Positions 1 to 10,245 of a stretch of 64,000 bases of DNA are shown one piece after another; position 1 is the stretch's first letter, and every line of letters begins with the position of its first letter. Origin of the DNA: Candidatus Poribacteria bacterium (GTDB taxonomy: Bacteria; Poribacteria; WGA-4E; WGA-3G); the NCBI GenBank assembly GCA_965242965.1, contig OZ251518.1, forward strand, positions 4,736,001 to 4,800,000, read 5' to 3'. The notes under the pieces are model-generated. The model saw only the letters and a list, made by a program, of their open reading frames with translations, had not been told where the DNA came from and did not search any database. A program made the translations under genes and the position numbers.

Positions 1-2051
1 ATCGCCAAACCGAAACATACCAGACCTACCCGCGCGACTATTATTTGTGGATTTGGGAGAACCCGCGACCGGATGTTGAAATTGAATCCGTTGAGATTCA
101 GCCGATAGAGCGAAAATTCATCATCGCCGCTATCACCCTCGGTTATCTTGACGAAGCCCCGGTTTCTCGCCACCCGCGCCGCGAACTCAAGATTACGCTT
201 CCACAACCAGACGATGCCGAAAAATCGTTTGACATGGAAGTGGAGGTAGATAGGGGTGTCGCGACATATCCGTATCCACTCCCTGAAAACTCGGCGGCTG
301 CTTTCATCAATGACGATTTCAGAGGGTGGGGCGAATCCCAAAACAACAAAAGCAGTCCGGCGTATGTGGAGGTATCCGCTACTCCCTCGGCGAGCGTGGA
401 AATCAAAAACCACGGCGAAACACTCGGCACCGTGAATTGGGGAGAAGTGGAAGAAAAAGGCACGGTGCAACCGAACGAGCGCGTCAAGGTGCAGCTCATT
501 GATACCGGCAGAAACTGGGTGCATACCACCGTGCTTGATGACGACACGAACAAACCGGTGCCGTGTCGTATCCATTTCCGTTCCCCGCACGGCGTTCCGT
601 ATGCACCGCACGGCCATCATGCGCATGTCAATTCAAACATGGGCACGTGGCACATCGATGTCGGCGGCGATGTGCGGCTTGGGCAAATCAGTTATGCCTA
701 TATTGACGGCACTTGCCAAGGCTGGCTACCGCGCGGCGAGGTGATTGTGGATGTCGCCCGTGGTTTTGAATACACGCCGCTGCGGACTTCCGTGGAGATT
801 CAACCGGGACAGCGCGAACTCACGCTGCGCCTCAAGCGGTGGTGTAATATGAACGCCGAACGCTATTTTAGCGGCGACACGCATGTCCACTTCCTCTCTA
901 CGCAAGGCGCGCACACCGAAGCGCAAGGCGAAGACCTCGGGGTAGTCAACCTGCTTCTCTCGCAGTGGGGACATCTCTTCACGAATACCGAAGAGTTCAT
1001 CGGCAGGCCGACGGTATCGGCTGATGGCAGGAGCATCGTCTATGCTACGCAAGAGAATCGCCAGCATGTGCTAGGGCATCTCACCTTGCTCGGTTTGAAA
1101 GAGCAGGTTGCGCCGTGGTGTTCCGATGGCCCCGGTGAGGCAGAGCTCGGTGGGAACATGGAGACGACGCTTTCGCACTGGGCAGATGCATGTCATGCGC
1201 AAGGCGGCACCGTCGTCTTGCCGCATATCCCGAATCCGAACTGCGAACCCGCAACGCTCATCGCCACCGGGCGCGTCGATGCCGTTGAATACCTCACCAA
1301 TGCGATGTATGGACACATTGAATACTACCGCTATCTCAATTGCGGCTATAAACTGCCACTCGTCGGTGGGACAGATAAAATGTCCAGCGACGTGCCGGTC
1401 GGCGTTTACCGCACCTACGTCCACATCCCTGAAAATGAGGAATTCAACTACGATAATTGGTGCAAATATATGAGTGCCGGCAATACTTTCCTCAGCGGCG
1501 GTCCGATGATTCGGCTCACCGTTGATGGACAGCCGGTCGGCAGCACTATCAATCTGCCCGGCAACGGAGGCACGGTAGAAGTGGAGGCATCCGCGGATTC
1601 CATCTTCCCTATCCACACGTTGCAAATCGTTCAGGAGGGGAAAGTCGTCGCGTCTACGGAGGATAAAAACGGGGCGCGCCAGCTGCGACTGAAGGCAAAC
1701 CTGAAAGTAGATAAGCATTCGTGGATCGCGGCGCGATGCGGCGGACCTGGGTATGCGCAAGCCGTTCCGCATCACGATGGTTGGGGACGCGGCATTATCG
1801 CGCACACATCGCCAGTTTACCTCGCTGTCGGCGGAGAGTGGTGGATGTTCGATCCGGAAACCGCCAATTACATGCTGACGCTGATTGAAGGGGGATTGTC
1901 TTACATCAGTGAGCGCGCCCGGCACCATCACCCTGGCACCGTTACGCATCACCACGGTGAGGAAGACCATTTGGAGTTCTTGTCTCGGCCATTCAATCAA
2001 GCGCGCGAGGCAATTCATCGTCGGATGCATCAGTTGGGTATCCCGCATTAA
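1..2051 (+). CDS. CehA/McbA-like PHP-fold metallohydrolase (5' truncated by window edge)
   Basis: Frame is open from position 3; PHP metal-binding motifs GDTHVH, ENRQHVLGHL, LPHIP, DAVE and GGTD. Confidence 0.8.
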   Translation, partial: RQTETYQTYPRDYYLWIWENPRPDVEIESVEIQPIERKFIIAAITLGYLDEAPVSRHPRRELKITLPQPDDAEKSFDMEVEVDRGVATYPYPLPENSAAAFINDDFRGWGESQNNKSSPAYVEVSATPSASVEIKNHGETLGTVNWGEVEEKGTVQPNERVKVQLIDTGRNWVHTTVLDDDTNKPVPCRIHFRSPHGVPYAPHGHHAHVNSNMGTWHIDVGGDVRLGQISYAYIDGTCQGWLPRGEVIVDVARGFEYTPLRTSVEIQPGQRELTLRLKRWCNMNAERYFSGDTHVHFLSTQGAHTEAQGEDLGVVNLLLSQWGHLFTNTEEFIGRPTVSADGRSIVYATQENRQHVLGHLTLLGLKEQVAPWCSDGPGEAELGGNMETTLSHWADACHAQGGTVVLPHIPNPNCEPATLIATGRVDAVEYLTNAMYGHIEYYRYLNCGYKLPLVGGTDKMSSDVPVGVYRTYVHIPENEEFNYDNWCKYMSAGNTFLSGGPMIRLTVDGQPVGSTINLPGNGGTVEVEASADSIFPIHTLQIVQEGKVVASTEDKNGARQLRLKANLKVDKHSWIAARCGGPGYAQAVPHHDGWGRGIIAHTSPVYLAVGGEWWMFDPETANYMLTLIEGGLSYISERARHHHPGTVTHHHGEEDHLEFLSRPFNQAREAIHRRMHQLGIPH

Positions 2052-2074
2052 CGGATGCTGATAATCCCGTTGGC

Positions 2075-2335
2075 CCGTAGCGCGGGGGCCTGTCCCCCGC
2101 ATGCTCCGTTAATCCCGTTGGCCCGTAGCGCGGGGGCCTGTCCCCCGCGTGCTCCGTGGCACGGCGAGGGACAGGCCCTCGCCCTACGGCGGTAAGAGGG
2201 CGTTTTAGGTGACGTAGCGCGGGGGCCTGTCCCCCGCGATCTACCGACCTAGGCGGAAAATGCCAGCAACCCAGAGACTACGGATGTTTGATGCTAAGAC
2301 TGACGCACGGCGAGGGACAGGCCCTCGCCCTACGG
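2075..2335. repeat. GTAG-family REP cluster
   Basis: Copies of GTAGCGCGGGGGCCTGTCCCCCGCG and the inverted GCGAGGGACAGGCCCTCGCCCTAC. Confidence 0.9.
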
Positions 2336-2391
2336 AAATAGAGAGATTCGGAATAAATTATAGAGAGTTGTCCTTACAAGAGGAGAAAACC

Positions 2392-3366
2392 ATGCCAAAA
2401 GAATTAGTTGCACTCGCCCCCCGTCAACCAGTCTTAAGAGACTACGAAGACGGTCCTTTACCAGCCGATAGCGTGCGCGTCCAAGTCGAATTCGGCGCGC
2501 CGAAACGCGGCACCGAGATGACAATGTATTACGGACTCCGCGGCGCGGGGTTCCCACAAGGACTCGGAAATATGTGCGTCGGCAGCGTCATCGAAATCGG
2601 CGACGAAGTGGAAGGCGTTGAACTCGGTGAACGTGTCGCTGGACACGGGCATCTCAAGGAGACGCACACCTGGAACGCGCAGCGCATCCTCAAAATGAAC
2701 GAGCGGATGACGTGGAAAGAGGCGGTCTGCTATGATCCGGCGCATTTCGCCCTCGCCGCGATTCGTGATGGACAGGTGCGCGTCGGGGACCGGGTTGCAG
2801 TCTTCGGGCTCGGTGCCATCGGGTTAGTGACACAGCAATTCGCGAAGGTGGCAGGCGCGGATTTCGTCGCCGCCGTAGATCCGATTGCAGGGCGGCGCGC
2901 TGTCGCCGAAAAAACCGGTGCAGACCTGGTTCTCGATCCGACTGCGTGCAATGTCGGTGAAGTGCTGCACGAAGCCACCGGCGGCCTCGGCGTGGATGTC
3001 GCCATTGAAACGAGTGCGAATTACCACGCGCTTGACGATGCTATCCGCAGTGTCGCATTTGAGGGAACGGTTGTCGTTGCGGGGTGGGCGAAGGAGTGTA
3101 AAGGCGGGCTGGACCTGGGTGCCGTTGCGCATTTCAACATCCCGAATCTCATCTTCGCGCGTGCCAACAGCGACCCGAACCGCGATCATCCGCGCTGGAG
3201 TTTCGGCAGGATTATCGATACGTGTTGGAAGTGGCTCTCCGAGGGCCGGTTTGATTGCGAGGACATCGTTAATCCGGTGGTGCCTTTTGCGGATGCCGCC
3301 ACAGCTTATGAGGAGATGGATAACCATCCGGAGCGGAGTGTTAAGTTGGGTGTATCTTTTGCGTAG
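2392..3366 (+). CDS. Zinc-binding/MDR-family alcohol dehydrogenase-like oxidoreductase
   Basis: AGGAG RBS before ATG 2392; Rossmann motif VFGLGAIG, GVDVAIE. Confidence 0.85.
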   Translation: MPKELVALAPRQPVLRDYEDGPLPADSVRVQVEFGAPKRGTEMTMYYGLRGAGFPQGLGNMCVGSVIEIGDEVEGVELGERVAGHGHLKETHTWNAQRILKMNERMTWKEAVCYDPAHFALAAIRDGQVRVGDRVAVFGLGAIGLVTQQFAKVAGADFVAAVDPIAGRRAVAEKTGADLVLDPTACNVGEVLHEATGGLGVDVAIETSANYHALDDAIRSVAFEGTVVVAGWAKECKGGLDLGAVAHFNIPNLIFARANSDPNRDHPRWSFGRIIDTCWKWLSEGRFDCEDIVNPVVPFADAATAYEEMDNHPERSVKLGVSFA

Positions 3367-3367
3367 G

Positions 3368-3972
3368 CGTGGCGAGGGACAGGTTTCCCTCGTCCTACGT
3401 GCCCTGTGGCGATTGCCTATTTCTTCCCGTAGCGCGGGGGCCTGTCCCTCGGTGCATCAAAAACCGCCGCTCATAACGTAGCGCGGGGGCCTGTCCCCCG
3501 CGATGCCAATTGTCTGAAGCAGGATTTACAAGATTTACACGATTTACAAGATTATTTCCCGCGCAATGCATTCTTTTTGCTGCAATGGGTGCCTCTTCAG
3601 GTCCTTTAGGCCCTTAGGCATGGCGAGGGACAGGCCCTCGCCCTACGGTGGGAGGAGGGTGTTTTAGGTGACGTAGCGCGGGGGCCTGTCCCCCGCGATC
3701 TGCCGAACGAAACGAGAAACGTCCACAGCCCAGAGGCCACGGACGTTTGCTGTTAAGACCGAGGCACAGCGAGGGACAGGCCCTCGCCCTACGGTGGTAG
3801 GAGAGGTGTTTTAGGTGACGTAGCGCGGGGGCCTGTCCCCCGCGATCTACCGACCTAAACGAAAACCGTCCACAGCCCAGAGACTACGGACGGTTTCTGT
3901 GATAACCGAGGCACGGCGAGGGGAACCCGCTCGCATGCGCGTGTGGCATGCGAGGGCCCTCGCCCTACGGTT
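3368..3972. repeat. REP/REPIN cluster
   Basis: Multiple inverted GTAG REP pairs plus a GTCTGAAGCAGGATTTACAAGATT 9-nt-period repeat. Confidence 0.9.
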
Positions 3973-4015
3973 CGGCGGCGCGGTTCGGATAGCCACGAAA
4001 TAAAACGCACCTTAT

Positions 4016-4756
4016 CTAATTTTGCTTCTGGTAAACCGCGCTCACACCCGTACTCGGCCAAAACAAACTGAAGTGTTTCCCATCCCAAGTATAGGTGCTC
4101 AACGACGGATTAGAACCCCCATCCGGTGTCCATTGGATAGTCCCTTTCCGCGCATCAAACGGTTCAATCAGTTCATACGCCCCGGACGAAAAGTCATCCG
4201 AGATGGTTTCCAGCACTTCTCCCACCAACTCCTGTTCCGCTTGTTGTTGCGAGAATGTCGTTGTCGTGAGGCGCAACGTGCCGGTGAGTTCCAACCGGTT
4301 GCCGCGCACTTCATAGCGCGTGAGCTCGTAAGCACCACTCAGCGTCTGCGCCACTCGGTAGGCTTTGGAGAAAACGAGAATAGACGCTGATTTTGAGACG
4401 TTTTCTTCACTGATGCCATCCCGCACATAGACTTTGACAGAGATACCAATCGGTGGGACCACCGGATCGATCGGCAGCGGCGGTGCTGTCCACTGCACCT
4501 CGGGTCCTGTTTCTAAAATCAGCGTGCCATCGGAGACTTCCCATTCGTAAGTCAGGGTATCGTCTTCGGGATCAAACACCCGCACGCGAAATTCGACGGT
4601 GTCACCGTATTGGACCTCGTTTGGGACGGTGAAACTGTTAATTTTCGGCGGATCGTTGGTGAGCTTCTTGTATTCGCCGCAGCCACTGACGATTGCGAGT
4701 ATCGCGCATGCTACGACGTAAATTGTGAACGGTTTATAGTGTGAAAAAACTTTCAT
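4016..4756 (-). CDS. Predicted lipoprotein with PKD/Ig-like domain
   Basis: Lipobox-like VSGC; NDPPKI...DPEDDTLTYEW; AGGAG RBS. Confidence 0.75.
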   Translation of the reverse strand: MKVFSHYKPFTIYVVACAILAIVSGCGEYKKLTNDPPKINSFTVPNEVQYGDTVEFRVRVFDPEDDTLTYEWEVSDGTLILETGPEVQWTAPPLPIDPVVPPIGISVKVYVRDGISEENVSKSASILVFSKAYRVAQTLSGAYELTRYEVRGNRLELTGTLRLTTTTFSQQQAEQELVGEVLETISDDFSSGAYELIEPFDARKGTIQWTPDGGSNPSLSTYTWDGKHFSLFWPSTGVSAVYQKQN

Positions 4757-4799
4757 AACTTTCTACTCCTTTGGCGCGAGGTTGGCCCTCGCGGTTTTA

Positions 4800-5425
4800 A
4801 TTGTCTGAAGCAGGATTAGCAGGATTTCCAAGATGTCCAAGATTAGGAACTCCTTGGCGATGCAAATCAACTTTCTTACCGTAGCGCGGGGGCCTCTCCC
4901 CGGTGCATCAAAAACCGCCGCTTATGACGTAGCGCGGGGGCCTGTCCCCCGCGAGCCCTCAGTTGTCTGAAGCAGGATTTACAAGATTATCTCTCGCGCA
5001 ACGAGCATGCTTTTTGCAATGGATGCCTCTTCAGGTCCTTTAGGACCTGCATGTCTATAGAAAAACAGCCCTGCCACCGTTTTCAAGGTCCGCTAGGACC
5101 TTAATCAAGCGGCAGCCAAGTGAGCAGAGGCACATTAAGACCTAAAGGACCTTAGGGTGCCGTTAATCCTGCTCATCTATAGACATTAAGGACCTAAAGG
5201 ACCTTAGGCAAGGCGAGGGACAGGCCCTCGCCCTACGTGCCATGCGGTGATTGCCTATTGCTTACCGTAGCGCGGGGGCCTGTCCCCCGCGAACGTTCAA
5301 TTGTCTGAAGCAGGATTTGCAAGATTAGCAGGATTTACAAGATGAAGATTTCCGCGTTTCCAAGCGGTTGCTGTGCAGCGGCAAAACGCCACGGTTACCG
5401 TAGCGCGGGGGCCTTTCCCCCGTAA
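4800..5425. repeat. Mixed REP cluster (GTAG REPs, AGGTCCTTTAGGACCT/CTATAG elements, 9-nt-period repeats)
   Basis: Repeat units recur throughout the window. Confidence 0.9.
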
Positions 5426-5600
5426 TGCCAATCGAATGCCCAGCCAGTTCACTGATGATAAGCGGAACGTCACTCTCATCCAACGCTTGCACGCCCTCCT
5501 CCCCGACATGCCAAAAGCCCGCCGCAGTGTAGACGTACTGGACCCCGTCATACGTGAAAGTAATCCCCGTCTCGTGAGGAACGCAATGGATCTTGCTCAT
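5325..5600 (-). CDS. Small hypothetical protein whose 3' end runs into REP sequence (possibly truncated)
   Basis: GGGAG RBS 6 nt before ATG 5600; first ~55 aa look protein-like, tail GERPPRYG is REP-derived. Confidence 0.4.
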   Translation of the reverse strand: MSKIHCVPHETGITFTYDGVQYVYTAAGFWHVGEEGVQALDESDVPLIISELAGHSIGITGERPPRYGNRGVLPLHSNRLETRKSSSCKSC

Positions 5601-5618
5601 GCTCATCTCCCTTATGAT

Positions 5619-5658
5619 AAAAAAACCCGGCCGCGCCGTACCGCGGCCGGGGTCTTCG
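5619..5658 (-). terminator. Rho-independent terminator of the LRR gene
   Basis: Minus strand CCCGGCCGCG-loop-CGCGGCCGGG followed by a T-run. Confidence 0.8.
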
Positions 5659-5683
5659 GTTCTGCGCTTGTGGTGATGGCGCG

Positions 5684-6712
5684 CTATTTCCCAAACGCAC
5701 CCGCAACCCACACCAGATCCTGAATGTTGACAACACCATCGCCGTTCACATCTGCAACGTGCTCACCCGTTTTCCCGAACTGACCGGCAACCAGCGTGAG
5801 ATCCTGAATGTTGACGACACCGTCCCCATTCACATCCGCGACATTGTCAAATTCCACCTCTATCCCCTTCGCCTGCAAAGCGGGAATATGCGTGTAGAGA
5901 GAGGCATAACTGAGCGGGCATCCGCCGAGAAGCAGCCTCTCCAAGTTTGTCAGGTTTTCCAGCACCGAGATATCCGAGACGGCGGTGCCGTGGAGATACA
6001 GCGTCACCAAGTTTGTGAGACTTGCCAGCACCGAGATATCCGAGACGGCGGTTTCGCCGAGATTCAGCTCCGTCAAGTTTGTGAGTCCTGCCAGCATAGA
6101 TACATCTGAAACTGCGGTGCCGTAGAGATTCAGCACCTTCAAGTTTATCAGGTTTTCCAGCGGCGAGATATCCGAGACGGCGGTGCCGCTGAGATCCAGC
6201 CTCTCCAAGTTTGTGAGACTTGCCACCGAGACATCCGAGACGGCGGTGTTCCAGAGAATCAGCACCTTCAAGTTTATCAGGTTTTCCAGCGGCGAGATAT
6301 CCGAGACGGCGGTGTGGCTGAGAAACAGCGTCTCCAAGTTTGTCAGGTTTTCCAGCGGCGAGATATCCGAGACAGCGGTGGTGCTGAGAAACAGTTCCGT
6401 CAAGTTTGTGAGTCCTGCCAGCGCCGAGATATCCGAGAAGGCGGAGAATCCGAGATTCAGCCACTCCAAGTTGACTGCATGCTCCAGCCCGGTGAGATCT
6501 GCTATCCCACGGAAGCTGAAGCCTGCATCAAGCTCCGTTAACTCGCGCATCGCATCCGCCGTGATGGCCGCATCTGCCGGCAACCCAAGGGCTTCGCGGA
6601 TGACCGCCGCTAACTCGTCATCGGGGATGTTGACTTCTTGTGCGGTGGCGGTCGTCACTGCCATCGCGGCTATTAACACCAGTGTTAAGGTTAAAAGCGT
6701 TAATTTTTTCAT
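5684..6712 (-). CDS. Secreted internalin-like leucine-rich repeat protein with C-terminal dockerin-like domain
   Basis: Signal peptide MKKLTLLTL; IPDDELAAVIR cap; ~9 22-aa LRRs; two DVNGDGVVNIQDL motifs; AGGAG RBS. Confidence 0.9.
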   Translation of the reverse strand: MKKLTLLTLTLVLIAAMAVTTATAQEVNIPDDELAAVIREALGLPADAAITADAMRELTELDAGFSFRGIADLTGLEHAVNLEWLNLGFSAFSDISALAGLTNLTELFLSTTAVSDISPLENLTNLETLFLSHTAVSDISPLENLINLKVLILWNTAVSDVSVASLTNLERLDLSGTAVSDISPLENLINLKVLNLYGTAVSDVSMLAGLTNLTELNLGETAVSDISVLASLTNLVTLYLHGTAVSDISVLENLTNLERLLLGGCPLSYASLYTHIPALQAKGIEVEFDNVADVNGDGVVNIQDLTLVAGQFGKTGEHVADVNGDGVVNIQDLVWVAGAFGK

Positions 6713-6734
6713 TTGGATTTCTCCTTTTGTGTAT

Positions 6735-7095
6735 CGGGACCGGGAGGTCCCTCCTACTGAAGAGGGCGGCCATAGACATCCACCCTCATTCGGATTTCGA
6801 TGCACGGCGAGGGACAGGCCCTCGCCCTACGGTAATTCATCGGTAGGCGCGGTTTGCAACTGCGCCTACCGAGGTTGTGTGCGAGCTCGTGTGCCCGCCC
6901 ATGTCTCGTCTGTCTGAATCAGGATGGACAAGATTTACAAGATTTCCAGGATGAGGAGTCTCCTGTCGTAGGAGACTTGCTTTCCCGGTAGGAGCGACCT
7001 CCCGGTCGCGATGTCTACCAGGCAGGCTTTGGATAAGCGATGTGCTCATAATCCTGTTAATCCTATAATCCTGCAGATCCTGATTCCGACGATTT
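6735..7095. repeat. REP cluster
   Basis: Several REP families and AATCCTG-type 9-nt-period repeats. Confidence 0.85.
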
Positions 7096-7118
7096 CCACG
7101 GCGAATTGGCCGTGTGAA

Positions 7119-8909
7119 TCATCTACCATTGACATACCGAACCAAACTCGCGAGTGTCACCCTCCCTCGGTTTGGGTGACTGGTACGGCTATCCGGCAGG
7201 CTTCCGTTCGCGTTGTCCGGCTCGCCTCCATCTTCGTTATCTGACAGGCTTCCGTTCGCGTTGTCCGGCTCGCCTCCGTCTTCGTTATCCGGCGGGCTTC
7301 CGTTCGCGTTGTCCGGCTCGCCTTCATCTTCGTTGTCTGGCGGGCTTCCGTTCGCATTGCCAGACTCGCCTCCGTTCTCGTCAACATTCTTGTCAACGAG
7401 GCAGAGATCTGCATCCCAACTATCGTCTCTCAAGAACGATGTCTCGCAGTGGACGAGCATCGCGCCGAAGACTTCCATGAGAATAGCGGAGCCGACAGGC
7501 CCTAGCCGATCGCCACCGCCTTGGACACCTGCCTCACGCATCAGGTAAAGAAAGAGCGGCGTGTGCTTTGCGAGGTCGCCCTGCAATTCCTTGTCAATGC
7601 CGTTCCATCCCGGAATGTTATTGAACTCCAGGTCTTGCGCGGAATCAATGCCGTATGCTTTTGGCAGTGCCTTCGCGACTTTTTGCCCACTTGGCAATCC
7701 CAACACATACCCTCGGAGGAGGTTTCGGAAGGCCAATGACCTGTCGTTTTGTGGCGAATTCCGCCCAACAACCGGATCTGGCAGGCGAACCAATTCATCT
7801 GCCAGCAGATGGTCAATCGCTTTCGACTTCGCGTAAGGATGACACTTCTTGACGTTCAAAAGGAACCGCCAATCCACGGTGAGTTCCGGCGGCACTTGTG
7901 CGAAGCCGAGGGTGCCGAAGCGTTCGTCAAATATCTCAATCGCCGGATAATCCGCGTTGACCGGATACTGAGAACGCACCATGGAATGCCCAAAGCGATA
8001 GGCAGCGGCGGCAAACTCAACCGGCATGATGAGGTGGCGATCATCGCAAAACAATGCGTTGAAGCAAGAGGACTCCTCCTTTTCGTCTTTGGATTCAGTC
8101 TCGCCTTCTGTGGCGGCTCCTGAATTTTCGTCAGGCTTGGGGTCATCCGCCTTTTTCGCATTTTCCTCGGCGTTGAGTTCTGCCGCGCAGTTCTCAATCC
8201 GTTTCACAGCGACCTCATAAATCGCTGTATCACAGATGCGATTCAAGAAGTCGTAGAGCACAATGGCTTGGTAGTGGTACCTCGCCTCTTTTTGCGCTGC
8301 CTCAAAACTCCGTCCGATGAGCAGACGGTTATGAAAGCGCAAGAACAGCAGGTGCAGCTGTGAAAGGAAGAGGTTTTCGTCGTTGCGCGGATCGCCGAGC
8401 AACGCATGCCCATCCGCGCGGCGCGGCACATCGCTCGGATTCTCAACGCCGTTAACCTGACTGCCAACAAGCAGCCGCCCCCGTTGGCTTGGGTCATACA
8501 GATGCGGCGACACATCAGGCCCGAATCCATAGACAGCATCCAGGTCAAGGGAGGCAGACCGGAGATTCGGCAGTTTTTTCACTGCTGCCTTGTCCAATGC
8601 TTTCCCATGGAGTTTGCTGCCAGCATCCAGCGTGATATCGTGATCCACGAACTGCGCGAAGAACGTGTAGGCAGCGGGAATCTCACTGTTACCGGAAGCA
8701 TCCTCGGCATCGTGCATGATCCCGCCCGGTCCGCCGAGCAGGGCTGCAATCTCCTCCGCCTGATTTTGGTCGATTTCCACGCCGGCTGCCTCTGCCATGT
8801 CGTATGCCCATGTTGGTAAATCCGGGAATAACCTGCCGAAATTCCCAAGGCGGAGATGGGCACAGCCAATGGGCATGGAAGTTCCATGCATGGATTTTTT
8901 GTTATTCAT
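7119..8909 (-). CDS. Heme peroxidase, peroxidase-cyclooxygenase (animal-type) superfamily
   Basis: FAQFVDHDIT, GDPRNDEN, RFHN, AAYRFGHS, TPLFLYLMREA motifs. Confidence 0.85.
   Translation of the reverse strand: MNNKKSMHGTSMPIGCAHLRLGNFGRLFPDLPTWAYDMAEAAGVEIDQNQAEEIAALLGGPGGIMHDAEDASGNSEIPAAYTFFAQFVDHDITLDAGSKLHGKALDKAAVKKLPNLRSASLDLDAVYGFGPDVSPHLYDPSQRGRLLVGSQVNGVENPSDVPRRADGHALLGDPRNDENLFLSQLHLLFLRFHNRLLIGRSFEAAQKEARYHYQAIVLYDFLNRICDTAIYEVAVKRIENCAAELNAEENAKKADDPKPDENSGAATEGETESKDEKEESSCFNALFCDDRHLIMPVEFAAAAYRFGHSMVRSQYPVNADYPAIEIFDERFGTLGFAQVPPELTVDWRFLLNVKKCHPYAKSKAIDHLLADELVRLPDPVVGRNSPQNDRSLAFRNLLRGYVLGLPSGQKVAKALPKAYGIDSAQDLEFNNIPGWNGIDKELQGDLAKHTPLFLYLMREAGVQGGGDRLGPVGSAILMEVFGAMLVHCETSFLRDDSWDADLCLVDKNVDENGGESGNANGSPPDNEDEGEPDNANGSPPDNEDGGEPDNANGSLSDNEDGGEPDNANGSLPDSRTSHPNRGRVTLASLVRYVNGR
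7195..7380 (-). repeat. 48-bp in-frame tandem repeat, ~4 copies (GEPDNANGSPPDNEDG)
   Basis: CAGGCTTCCG at 7197 and 7245, period 48. Confidence 0.9.
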
Positions 8910-9109
8910 TGTTTTTCCTTCCTTCAGTCAATTGCGAGAGTTTTCTCTCGGTGTTATAAAACATGCGATCCGATTATGAGAAAACTTCTCCTTGCTTGCG
9001 CGGGGCAAGCGGTTTATGATAGGATTAACGCGTAGCGAGGGCGGAGTTTTCATCTCTCCCTCGCGTTGCGTTGGCTGTGGATGGGCTCGTGTGCCCACCC
9101 GGGACTGAG

Positions 9110-9295
9110 GATGTCTGAATCAGGATTTGCAAGATTCTAGGATTTCCAAGATGAGGGTTGCTTGTCATCGTAGACCCTCTGTCGCGGTAGGAACGATTTC
9201 CCTGATTGCGATTGCTACGAGGGTTAGCCTTGGCTAAGCGATGCGCTCCCAATCCTGTAAATCCTATAATCTTGTGAATCCTGATTCAGACAGTT
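9110..9295. repeat. Inverted pair of GTCTGAATCAGGATT/AATCCTGATTCAGAC repeats flanking a REP
   Basis: Same architecture as 6912-7090. Confidence 0.8.
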
Positions 9296-9456
9296 AATTG
9301 CAAATCGTCACCAGACAACGTGTCTGGGGTTACGGCGGGAGGTTGCAGGTGCTTTTCCGCAGTGCAGGGCCTCCCGTAAACGTGGAAACGTTCCAAAATT
9401 CGCGCGTAGTGAATACGCACTGAAAAGATTGAAATCGGTTAGGCCCTTTCAATCTC
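9296..9456 (-). other. Hairpin-dense 3' trailer of the orphan ORF
   Basis: Minus-strand stems AGATTGAAA/TTTCAATCT, GTGCGTA/TACGCGC, TGGAA/TTCCA, CGGGAGG/CCTCCCG, CCAGACA/TGTCTGG. Confidence 0.55.
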
Positions 9457-10245
9457 CTATTCTGTGAAATTCAAATCAAAGAAACGAGGCTCTTGGCCAT
9501 GAGTTCCGGGTACCAACGTGTGAGCATGACGCGCAATCTGCTCAAAAGCCTCGTAGGTAATTTCAAACTCACTGTGCACTGCAAAGTATGCCTCATCTAA
9601 CTCGTACAATCTTGGCTTTTCGCCTCTCACGGCGAGAGAGTCAAAAATGTAACCGTAAAGCGAGAAATCGTCTTCTCTTTGAAGTTCCTCGATATAGAGG
9701 GTGAACCGATTCACCCCTTCCGCGCATTCTCTCGCTAGCCTCTCAAGGCGATCAAAACACGCAAGAATAACTTGAGCCGGGGCCAGGTTGTCCTCGCAGA
9801 TGGCACGGAATGCTTCAAAAGCGAATGCCATATAGTCCCTGCTAACATGCTGGTCTATAAGATCTCGGTGAAGATCTCTATCGGTAGCAGCATCAACGAA
9901 AGCTCGGCTATAATCTGCTCGCAACTTGCCATCTAGCCATTGGCGAGTGTCGCGAAAGTCGTTTGCCACATTTACCCACGCCACGTTGGCCTCTGTTGAA
10001 TGAGCCAAGGTTTGGACGAAATGGGGATGTTGACTTTCTCGGTTGCGGAGACTTGCAGCGTAAGCGGTTTTAAGGGATACGCTAGCGTTTAGAGTCACGA
10101 GCTTGGTTTCAACGATCGATTTGCCAAGTTTGGCCAAACGAAACTCTGCCTCCGGATCGTATTTGACTTGAGCACCGGTCAAATTAATCACATTCACGAT
10201 GTAACCGGGAATAGATGTTAAAACGGCGGTGCAAAGAGTTATCAT
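9457..10245 (-). CDS. Orphan hypothetical protein, 262 aa
   Basis: Long ORF with AGGAG RBS 10 nt upstream; no family recognised; codon usage looks more A/T-ending than neighbours. Confidence 0.7.
   Translation of the reverse strand: MITLCTAVLTSIPGYIVNVINLTGAQVKYDPEAEFRLAKLGKSIVETKLVTLNASVSLKTAYAASLRNRESQHPHFVQTLAHSTEANVAWVNVANDFRDTRQWLDGKLRADYSRAFVDAATDRDLHRDLIDQHVSRDYMAFAFEAFRAICEDNLAPAQVILACFDRLERLARECAEGVNRFTLYIEELQREDDFSLYGYIFDSLAVRGEKPRLYELDEAYFAVHSEFEITYEAFEQIARHAHTLVPGTHGQEPRFFDLNFTE

Noticed and set aside
1071-2102. 343-aa minus-strand ORF
   Set aside because: Antisense to the metallohydrolase and begins in a REP
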